Source: a virus. From it: DNA of 28,284 nt. Positions 12,807-21,800 of this stretch are shown here, one piece after another. Position 1 is the stretch's first letter. Every line of letters begins with the position of its first letter. The translations under genes and the position numbers were made by a program. The stretch lies in the IMG/VR virus record IMGVR_UViG_3300042306_001104. One strand, given 5' to 3'. The notes below the pieces were generated by a model. That model saw only the letters and a program-made list of their open reading frames with translations, made no database searches and was not told the DNA's origin.

Positions 12807-14920
12807 ATGAGTGACTTTAATTATTCCATTGAAGACCTAACAGATACGTCTTCTATAGCTAGAAAAACTTCTAATAATTTTTACGGAAATCTACCTACAG
12901 GAGAACCAATTGTCACATCAGATTCTAAATCAGGAGATGCTTCTAGAAGTCTAACACAAAGAGATCTACAAAGTGTTTTAGCTGGAGATGCACTATATAG
13001 GAATCCAGCTTTTGCATTGCAGCTGTCAAATCAATCTGTCCAATCTAGTATCAATGGAATATTAGCAGGCGGAGCAAGTGCTGCGCGGGGCAGATTCAAC
13101 CAATCTTAAAATACAAAATCCCGATAGTAGTAATCCAAATGAAACCTTAACTCGGAATGGCTGCTTTTAACAAGATAGTTGCAAAGAGTTCTTTAGGCTC
13201 AAACTCTTTGCCTTATGGTTCAAGAAATTATCTTCAAGAATTATCTGATAATTTACAAGGAGGATCTGGTTCTCCGGCAAGTAGCAATTCTCAAAATCAC
13301 GAGGATTCATCTAACTTTGTTTTTGATCCAACAAATGGTGGACAATCAGAAGTAAGAGTTTATACATTGAAAGAAGATTTATCTCAAGAAGAGGCATCTA
13401 TTTTTGAAGATAAAATTAATGAACTTAAATCAAATAATATTTTAACCAATCAACAAGTTCCTTATAAAACAAAAGCTTTTACAAAATTAAATCAAGGAAT
13501 AACTCTTGAAGCAACAACCGCAATAGGAGTCGATGGGATAGAAATAGATTCTAGCTTTAATATAGAAAAAGCAAACGGTAAACATATTTACCCATGTGCT
13601 AATCTTATTGAATTTCTTTTAGCAATAAATACAAAAATTAAATTAACTGGTGATTTTCATTTATATAGACCAACAATGATAGAGGGTAATGGCGCAATTG
13701 CAGATGGTAGCAGACTTAATGACCACTCTTCTGGAAGAGGAATAGATTGTTTTCATATTGGAAGTAATGATACAGATATACTTTATTTAGGGAATGCAAA
13801 AGTAGAGACTAATAAAAGAGCTTTTACAATTTTACTAGAGGCCATGAATGCGTTAGATCCAAGCTTGCTTCCAGATCTTGTTGTTTTTGACGATAGGCTA
13901 GCAAATGAATTTGGAATAGTAAAGGGTGCACCTGAATTTGGCGCACAAGCTGCTGGGGTAAATGGCATTATTCAAAAAAAATATTCAAGTTTAAAAAAAA
14001 TAAACTTTTCTGCTAATTCTGTTCACCAGAATCATTTGCATATAGCTTTTTCGCCAGAAAGAGCAGGAACTTATTTAGATTACACAATACCTGAACCAGG
14101 CTCTACGTGGAATCCGTCTAATCCAGATGGTACATCTAGTCCTTATCTTTTTTCCAATCCATCTCAGGCGTTAATATATGAGCCCGAGTTATATCAAAGT
14201 GCAATTAGTGACCCAGGCAAGGTAATAAAAAACAAGAATGCTTTGTATAGGGCTCTTATAGAATTTGGTAAATTTAAACCAGAAACCGCAGCTATTTTTA
14301 TGTGTATACCAGAAAGAGAATCAAATTTTAATTCAGGTGGATTTAATGGCAAGATTAGTACTGGTGATTACTCCTTTGGCATTTGGCAAATAAATGTTTA
14401 CGGAGAAGGAAATAGCAACTACCTTGATAAGATTATTAACGTTCCAACCCTACTTAATGGAAAAATAACTATAAAAAAAGTAAAACTTTTACATTTAGTC
14501 TTTAAAGATCATGTTTCTTTAGGAATTGAAACAAAAGAACAAGCAACTGCTAAAATGGAAACTATATTTAGAGAAGAAGGTCAAGGCGGAGGAAGAAATT
14601 ACGCTGATCCAGCTCTTTTTTATCCAGCTGTACAAGTTCAACTTTTAAAATTAATAACTGAGCCTTATATAAAAGACAATTGGAAATTCTCTCCTTGGGG
14701 AGAATACGGTGTATATGGATCAAAATATGGGTGGATAACAGAATTAAAGTTTAAAACTGCAGTAAAATTTTACGTTGAAAATAATCCTGGAAAAACTGAA
14801 GAAGATTTAAAAAAACACTGTGCACCATTTATAGATAATATGAAAAAATTTAGTCCTGAGGGAGTAAAAGTTTACAACCAATGGTTAAATGGAACAGTTT
14901 TCCCCTTTACTGCTAAGTAA
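12807..14920 (+). CDS. Tail-associated cell-wall hydrolase (~703 aa), segments 12807..13085 + 13087..13152 + 13154..14920, needing two +1 shifts at CGG (13086 and 13153)
   Basis: ORF 12807..13109, a short +1-frame bridge open 13066..13170, and ORF 13157..14920 chain through two in-frame CGG codons. The downstream ORF alone could start at ATG 13157. Confidence 0.6.
13086..13089 (+). other. Putative +1 recoding site 2 (GCG CGG G|GC)
   Basis: In-frame CGG inside the 13066..13109 overlap; the +1 frame then stays open to 13170. Confidence 0.65.
13153..13156 (+). other. Putative +1 recoding site 3 (ACT CGG A|AT)
   Basis: In-frame CGG inside the 20-nt overlap 13151..13170 with ORF 13157..14920. 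Confidence 0.6.
13610..14075 (+). other. Peptidase M15 / D-Ala-D-Ala carboxypeptidase-like domain
   Basis: NDHSSGRGIDCFHIG ... SANSVHQNHLHIAF matches the S.H..GRA.D ... H..H.H. metal-binding pattern. Confidence 0.55.
14230..14740 (+). other. Lytic-transglycosylase/lysozyme-like domain
   Basis: AAIFMCIPERESNFNSGGFNGKISTGDYSFGIWQINVYGEGN: catalytic-Glu-like ..ERESNF.. followed by ..SFGIWQIN.. typical of SLT/lysozyme folds. Confidence 0.55.
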
Positions 14921-14975
14921 AAATAACTCTAAGAAAGTAAAAGTTTATAACCAATGGTTGAATGGAGAAGTTTTC
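14863..14975 (+). repeat. Direct imperfect repeat of 40 nt (36/40 identical), copies 14863..14902 and 14936..14975
   Basis: AGTAAAAGTTTACAACCAATGGTTAAATGGAACAGTTTTC versus AGTAAAAGTTTATAACCAATGGTTGAATGGAGAAGTTTTC; copy 2 overlaps the start of the next gene. Confidence 0.85.
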
Positions 14976-15340
14976 GGTGGTTAATATATATCCTAAGTTT
15001 GATCAAAAGATTAATGATCATATAATTTCCTCCAGAATGCAGGAGCAAAAAACAAGAGGCGCAACCGTTACTAGCTATGATAGTATAAGTAATACTATAA
15101 CTGTAGTACTGGAATCGCATAGTTCCAGTATGATTGGTAACATAGTAGACAATATACCTTGTCCGTCTTTTTATCGGAATTCAAATGGTTGCTCCAGAAC
15201 CAGGAGATAGATGCATAGTAGGCTTTAGTGATGAAAATGAAAGATCGCCATTTATAGTTAATTTTATAAATGATTTTGGCAATGAACGAAATGTAAACTG
15301 TTCCATAGCAAACACTGGAATACCAAGGTATATGATCTAA
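14962..15340 (+). CDS. Small OB-fold / gp5-like baseplate or spike-type protein (~125 aa), segments 14962..15174 + 15176..15340, +1 shift at CGGA (15175-15178)
   Basis: Frame 1 ...SYDSISNTITVVLE...NIVDNIPCPSFY then frame 2 GIQMVAPEPGDRCIVGFSDENERSPFIVNFIND...; ends 1 nt before the next ATG. Confidence 0.65.
15175..15178 (+). other. Putative +1 recoding site 4 (TAT CGG A|AT)
   Basis: In-frame CGG inside overlap 15149..15210; the shift yields CPSFY-G-IQMVAPEPGDRCIVGF. Confidence 0.75.
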
Positions 15341-15341
15341 A

Positions 15342-15998
15342 ATGACCAATAAAAAAATATTAAATAACGCACTAACAACCAATGTAGACAATTTTAATGA
15401 ATCTCATGAGTTGTCAAAGAGATCCTCTTTTTCAAGAAGAGAGGTTGGTTTAACTCATCCTGATACAACCGCTTTTGTCAGATTAAATGACAAGGGAGAC
15501 GTAGAAATATTTGCTGGAGAAGAGCTAGGGATAGTAATTAGCCCTAGTAATGGATCAATCTCTATATTTGCTGACGTTGTTAAGATAGTCACAAAAGAAG
15601 ATTATGGCCTAAGGTGGAATAACATGAGCTTTAATTACGCCGGAGACATATACAATGAGCCTTCTTTAGTTCATACTAGTGAAAAAGAGCACAATTCTGG
15701 CTTTAATTACGCAGACTATTATCTTGATGCACTTGGTGATTATGATGATATAGAAAAATCAGATAATATCACTACTATAACTGGTGATTTTGCTTTCGTT
15801 AAAAGTCCCTCCGAAAGAAGGGAAGAATCTCCCACTGTAAATAATCCTTCTGTTATTTCAAAAAATGACATGGTTTTATTGAAAGAGTTTTCTTTAACAA
15901 ATAGCACTGAAAAAGTTAGATACATGACTCAATTACTTGAGTCTGGTTTTACTTTTAGTCAAGCAAGAGAAAAAACAATGAGGGATAAGGGTGTCTGA
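15342..15998 (+). CDS. Phage structural protein of unknown family
   Basis: 218-codon ORF with GEELGIVISPSNGSISIFADVVKIVT; directly between spike-like and gp25-like genes; no in-frame CGG. Confidence 0.65.
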   Translation: MTNKKILNNALTTNVDNFNESHELSKRSSFSRREVGLTHPDTTAFVRLNDKGDVEIFAGEELGIVISPSNGSISIFADVVKIVTKEDYGLRWNNMSFNYAGDIYNEPSLVHTSEKEHNSGFNYADYYLDALGDYDDIEKSDNITTITGDFAFVKSPSERREESPTVNNPSVISKNDMVLLKEFSLTNSTEKVRYMTQLLESGFTFSQAREKTMRDKGV

Positions 15999-16371
15999 TC
16001 TATTTCTTACCTTAGACGGAGATATTTTAATTAACGGAAATAACGACGTTGCCAGAGTAAATACATCACTTCAAAATGATGTTCAACAAGTTTACGTTAG
16101 GCTAATGACGGAGCCAGGAGACTTCAGTGCTTATCCAAATTTGGGCGTTGATCTCTCAATACTATACGGTATGCCACAGAATCAACAGACTGGTCAGATG
16201 GGTAAGAACTTAATACTATCAGCCTTGAATAGGGAGCAAACATTTAAGGGAAGAAATATTGATGTTAGTGCAGTTCCGACAAGTCCAGATACAATAAGAT
16301 TTGATATACATGTTCAATCAGGAAGTAACCAGCCAGTAACTTTAAGTATAAAACAGAACTTAGGAGCATAA
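15991..16371 (+). CDS. Baseplate wedge protein, gp25/GPW-like
   Basis: GTG start; LDGDILINGNNDVARVNTSLQNDVQQVYVRLMTEPGDFSAYPNLGVDLSILYG is the characteristic gp25/GPW-family N-terminus; immediately precedes the baseplate J-like gene. Confidence 0.85.
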   Translation: MSDLFLTLDGDILINGNNDVARVNTSLQNDVQQVYVRLMTEPGDFSAYPNLGVDLSILYGMPQNQQTGQMGKNLILSALNREQTFKGRNIDVSAVPTSPDTIRFDIHVQSGSNQPVTLSIKQNLGA

Positions 16372-16376
16372 TATAA

Positions 16377-17546
16377 ATGGCTATAGTTAACAGTAAAACA
16401 AAAGATGAAATTATAGTTAGAATTATAAATTCATTAGAGCAAAATGCTAATATAACTGCCACATCTCCAGGTTCTATAGCTAGAGCTTTCGCTGATGCTT
16501 TTGGAACTGAAATGTTTTATCTCTATGAATCTTTTAGAGAATCAGTAAGTCAAGGCAATCTATCAACAGCTTCTGGAAGATCTCTTGATTTAATAGGTGA
16601 GTTATATAACGTGAGAAGAAAAGTTCTTTCTGATCAGCTGACCTATGAAAGATCAACAGCAAATATAGAGTTTTTTATTAGCAGCTCTTATCAATCATCA
16701 ATTGTGATCCCTAAAGGAACCTTAGTATACAATGATGTTGGCTCATTTAGCTCTTCCCAGTATAGCTACAGAGTGGTACAGGACATAGTTATATTAAGTG
16801 GAGTAAGTAAAGCTTACGGTATAGTTGAGCCAAACTTCCAGTCAAATGAATATGTAGCATCTGTTGGTACTTTGACTAAGCATAATTATATAGCTCCTCC
16901 AGGAATCTTAGTTTTTTGTAATAACCCAAAAGAAATATATCCAATTTTAAATTCAGAGTCAGACGATAACTATAGAAGAAGAATACTTTCAGCAGTTAAG
17001 GTTAATACTACTGGAACTCTTGAATCTATAAGATTTGCAGCTCTTTCCGTAAGCGGAGTAAGAGACATAAGGATTAGAGAAGCTACTTATGGCCTTGGTT
17101 CTTGCGAGGTTATTATTGTCCCAGAGGTTCCAGGAAGAATTGGAAACATTCCAACACTTGTAAACCAAGCAATTAACAACATCAGACCACTCGGGATTAG
17201 AATGAATGTAACAATAGCGGATCCTATTTCTGTTGCTGTAAATGCAACTATATCTCTTCCATTTGGCACCGCAAATAATCTTCAACAAGGTATTCAAAAT
17301 CAAGCTGCAATATTTGTTAAGAGGTATTTAAACTCTCTTACGATAGGAGATTTTATTGAAATACAAGAGGTGGAAAGACAAATAAAAATATCTTCCGAAT
17401 TTATAAAGTCTATCAATATCACTTCGATTACAGCTGGCGGAGTAAATGTTAATAGAAAAGAATTTAAACCACAAAATGAAAGACAATACATTGTTTCTGG
17501 CACAATCAGTATAAACTCTGTTATAATTGGTGCATCAAACTACTAA
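16377..17546 (+). CDS. Baseplate J-like protein (gp47/gp6-type wedge)
   Basis: FADAFGTEMFYLYESFRESVSQGNLSTASGRSLDLIGELYNVRR ... PKGTLVYND ... LSVSGVRDIRIREATYGLGSCEVIIVPE; canonical position after gp25. Confidence 0.85.
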   Translation: MAIVNSKTKDEIIVRIINSLEQNANITATSPGSIARAFADAFGTEMFYLYESFRESVSQGNLSTASGRSLDLIGELYNVRRKVLSDQLTYERSTANIEFFISSSYQSSIVIPKGTLVYNDVGSFSSSQYSYRVVQDIVILSGVSKAYGIVEPNFQSNEYVASVGTLTKHNYIAPPGILVFCNNPKEIYPILNSESDDNYRRRILSAVKVNTTGTLESIRFAALSVSGVRDIRIREATYGLGSCEVIIVPEVPGRIGNIPTLVNQAINNIRPLGIRMNVTIADPISVAVNATISLPFGTANNLQQGIQNQAAIFVKRYLNSLTIGDFIEIQEVERQIKISSEFIKSINITSITAGGVNVNRKEFKPQNERQYIVSGTISINSVIIGASNY

Positions 17547-17562
17547 AGGTTGGTTTAAATTA

Positions 17563-18804
17563 ATGAGTGAAAAATACTTTCTCTTGACGACTACGCACAT
17601 TGTCAAGGCGCCAAATATGACTCAGGCAAAAATGACTATAGAAAGAGAAGAAGATTCTCTTGGAGAGACTCTAAAAGAGAGTCTTGATATAAACGAAGTA
17701 AGCGTTGCTGAAGCTAGTAAATACATAGGATTCTCTGAAACATCTAGACAAGATGAAGACTATGGTTTAACGCAGGATATAGACTCAGAGTCAGATGGAA
17801 CTTCTTACAATAATAAGTTTGACTTCATCAGAGCTGAGAATAAAAGACTTGCTCGTCTAGCCGAAAAGAATAAAAACGTAAAAGATGAAACCATACTAGC
17901 AGTATACGAAGCTGCCTATTCAGCATTCTCTGAATTTGAACTTCCTGCAATTAAACAAAAGAATGCTCCATCCTCCAAAAAAGGGGTATCGGAAACAGCA
18001 GTGGCAGTTTTTGCAGACTGGCAACTTGGCAAGGTTACGCCTTCTTATAACTCAGAAGTTCTTGCACAAAGAATAGAAGCTTATGCAGAAAAGCTTATTG
18101 AGATTACAGACATTCAAAGAACGCACCACCCAGTAGATGATTTACACGTTTGGCTTTTAGGTGATATCGTAGAGGGTGAAGAGATTTTTCCTGGCCAAAG
18201 CCATTTAATTGACTCTGGTCTTTATAGGCAGGTCGGAATTAATGGTCCTGAAATCTTGGGTAACTTTCTTAGAACGGCACTTGAGAACTTTAAGCACGTT
18301 CACGTTACAGGGATTATAGGCAATCATGGGGCAGTCGGCGGAAGAGCAAGAAAGCAACATGACCCTGAGACAAATATGGATAGATTACTCTATAAGATTG
18401 TCCAATTAATCTTCAAGGATGAACCAAGAATTACCTTTAATATACCAGATGGTAAAGGTGAGAGAAACTTTTATGCAGTTGATACAATAGGCTCATACAG
18501 TTCACTTCTCATTCATGGAGATCAAATGCCTGCACCAAGTGCCTCATACGGTTACTATAAAAAGGTAATGGGCTGGAAAGATGGCGCTATCCCGGAGCAT
18601 TTTGAAGACGTATTTATGGGTCATTACCATCAACAGGTAAAAATGACCATAGGTAGTAGTCTTTTAAGAATTTCTGGATCACCAGAAAGTCACAATACAT
18701 ATGCTCAGGAATACTTCTCATCAATGAGTAGACCATGCCAACACCTAATGTTTGTACACCCAGACAATGGAGTCACTTCAGAGTACTCAATCTGGTTAGA
18801 CTGA
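17563..18804 (+). CDS. Calcineurin-like metallophosphoesterase
   Basis: Motifs FADWQLGK, LLGDIVEG, GIIGNHG, LIHGDQ, FMGHYHQQ. The track's start at 17527 is TTG; ATG 17563 follows AAGGTGG-like SD sequence. Confidence 0.85.
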   Translation: MSEKYFLLTTTHIVKAPNMTQAKMTIEREEDSLGETLKESLDINEVSVAEASKYIGFSETSRQDEDYGLTQDIDSESDGTSYNNKFDFIRAENKRLARLAEKNKNVKDETILAVYEAAYSAFSEFELPAIKQKNAPSSKKGVSETAVAVFADWQLGKVTPSYNSEVLAQRIEAYAEKLIEITDIQRTHHPVDDLHVWLLGDIVEGEEIFPGQSHLIDSGLYRQVGINGPEILGNFLRTALENFKHVHVTGIIGNHGAVGGRARKQHDPETNMDRLLYKIVQLIFKDEPRITFNIPDGKGERNFYAVDTIGSYSSLLIHGDQMPAPSASYGYYKKVMGWKDGAIPEHFEDVFMGHYHQQVKMTIGSSLLRISGSPESHNTYAQEYFSSMSRPCQHLMFVHPDNGVTSEYSIWLD

Positions 18805-18829
18805 TTAAAGAATTGAAAGGCATCTGTAG

Positions 18830-21800
18830 ATGAAGCAATTTATCATAGCACTTAGAAGTGCAGATTTTGTTAAATCTGGTAAAAGCTGGTCTACAGGTGC
18901 TATCGATTTATACCACAATAAATGGTATACCAACTACTCTATCTCAAGGTCTAGAAATGGCCTGAATACTATTGGTGATAGAACATTTGTTGGCACAGAA
19001 ATAATACAGGATGCTACGCCTACCATTGTAGTCGATGGTTCGACCCCAGTAAGCGTTACAAACTATGGCGAAATTGTCCAACAAGCTGGAGTTGTATCGT
19101 ACAATATCTTTGATTATGATCAAGAGTCTGGTCAATATTATATATATGATTTGATACAAGACTCTTCTCCATTTTACATTCTCAATCCAGATTCTGTAGA
19201 CTTAGACCTTTTTAGATTTATTGATACAAAATCAAGAGTAGATATATTAAGTTATAAGCGGAGCGTTTACCGAATCTCTTAATCAGGATAATCCTACCTA
19301 TACTTTAACAACCTATGAGTCTGACTCTACAGAGGGGCCGTGGCTAAAGTCTTCTATATCTGAAGACGTAGGAACTCTTTTTATAAAAAATGCTAAAAGA
19401 TATGTAAGATTTGAATTAGAGATAGTATCATTTCTTAACCCTGAAGACGTAGAAAATTACGGATTTGTTCTTCTTGTAGAAGTAGCAGTAGATAATCCAA
19501 TATCTCCAGTATTGTCTAGAACGACAAAGAAAATTCTTTCAAGGTTTCCATCTTGGATGAAAATGTTTACAGACTCAGAAGATGATGCTACTCCTATTTT
19601 GCAACTACCTGAGACTACAGCCGGAAAATTTATTAACGCTTTAGTATCAGATTTTCCAGAAAACTTTGAAAAACAAGTAAACTTATATCAACTAGATAGA
19701 TTCATCTCAACTTCTGACTTAGAGCAATCAGCATGGATGTATATCTGCTCAGATGTACCGGCATCAATAGCTAGAGTGCTTGGTGACGGAGTGCCTTTAG
19801 CGAGAATAGATTCAATAATAGACTTATATGAATCTTTAGAAAATGATTATTGCTACTATTACAACGCTCTTGATAGACAGATTCTTACAAAAAAACTATT
19901 CAAGGTATTATCTGCTGATGGTATTACCTATGAACAAACTCCAACTCTTAAGTGGAACTGGTTTGATGAGTTTGCATCTCGTGTTGGAATACAAAGATTA
20001 TATCTTGAATCAAATGATAGTCTTAGAAAAAGAACATTAGATGTCTACAAAAATCTTCCTGGACCAACAGTAGAGGCAATTAAAAAAACTTTAAGAAGAG
20101 AACTTAATATATGGAGTGCCTATGGAGCAACTCCTGATTCTGATTACTTAGGAGCAACTCCTGAAATAATTGAAATCCAAAATATGGAAAGTTCTAGTCC
20201 ATACTTTGATGGATACGGTAAGCCCACATCAAAATTTGTTGATTTCGTAAAAGATATAAATGAAAAGTACCCAACAAACTGGGGATATGTTAAATGGGGA
20301 GAAGGATACTGGGACTATGCTGGCAAAGACCAACTCAGCATAGGTAGAATTCCTGCAGCTTATGACGGCTCAACCCCATTAGGCTCTTACTACCAGCCTG
20401 GAGTAGGGGACATAAATGATGCAAATATCATTATAAAAGAACCTTTTGAAAATGAGATAGAGGTAGAAGCTAGATTCCTTGCTACCGGATTAAGGTATCT
20501 TGGAATACAAGATAACTATGCTCCAGTTAAAGTCGACTATGAATATTACGGATCATACTATCAAGACTATTATCAAAACGATAGTGCAACAGTAAACTTT
20601 AGGTATGCATTACATACCGCTCCTCATGGGTCTTACTCTACATCAAAAACTTTTTATTCAGATCTAACATATAATCCAAAAAATGTATTCTACCCTGGAC
20701 ATCCAGCAAGTCCTGAATTTAATGTTATGAACATATTTGATCAGGACGGTTATGCTTATACTGGATATGTATTTAAAGATATATCTAATGATCAACCATA
20801 CTTAAATGTATCTACTACATCTGCTAGTCCAAATTCAAATAGAATAAATTATTACTATGCAACAAAAGCTTCTGCTACGCCATCGTCTGGTTCTTCTAAT
20901 TTTGAGATTGGATTCGTTGGTTCAACACCTTCAACGAGTGTTATCGGCAGCCCAATTAATTTAAGTACACCAAATTTTAGCAACAATGGTGCTAATATTA
21001 GATTGATCTCAAATGTTTATAATAAAACAAGAGGAGTGTTTAACACTTCTCCAAGAATTAATGGCAGTTTTCTTCTCAATGGAATAAATTCATTCTCTGA
21101 ACTAAAAGACTTCTCACTAGATACACAGTCACTAGCTAACACTTTAGTGTTCCCTCCTGGCGCAACTCCAATATATGTTCACATTGAAAACGTTAAGCCA
21201 GATGGATACGAAGATAATACTCTTGTCAATGTTGCATCTCCCTATATCGGTTATGGTGGAGTTTCTACTTATGATTCTCTAGATTACTTAGTCCCAGCCT
21301 CGCCCAATATAATTGCTAAATACATAAATCCAAATTTTGCAACCCCTCAAGATCATCTTGGTTACATTGGCACATCTGGATCTACAGTAAGTTATTATTT
21401 TGCGGATCTAAAGTATCCATATGGATCAACTCCTGATTCCATTATATTTAGTACAGGACTATCCTCTACTCCAGTCTATCCTTTTAAGGTTGAATCATGG
21501 GAAAGCTTTGCGGAATATAGCACTCCAATAATTCAAGCTTTGGTTAATAAAAATGGAGTAGTAAGATATGATCAAGATAATTGGGATGAAACATTTAGTA
21601 AAAATTCAAATATAGTTGGCAGATATGAATTAAACTACGAAACATTTGGTCTTGATCCAGATAATGATTACATTTACAAACTAGAAGCAGTCAATGAAAC
21701 AGAAGGGGTAGAGCTTTATCTTTCAGAGCAATATGTTTCTGTTGACAATGAAGATGATATATGGATTTCTAATCCACTAGTTGAATATCAAGGTGGATTT

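Noticed and set aside
14929-15391. Minus-strand ORFs 14929..15120 and 15095..15391 filling the apparent gap after the hydrolase gene
   Set aside because: The region is better explained by the + strand frame-shifted gene 14962..15340.
17527-17562. TTG start at 17527 for the metallophosphoesterase ORF
   Set aside because: Overlaps the end of the baseplate J gene; ATG 17563 with an upstream AAGGTGG-like SD is more plausible.
19259-19282. TCT TAA as an antizyme/RF2-like +1 shift site at the end of ORF 18830..19282
   Set aside because: Possible in isolation, but CGG-A at 19259 in the same overlap matches the other five junctions, whereas TCT TAA recurs at only one other (13104), downstream of that site's CGG.
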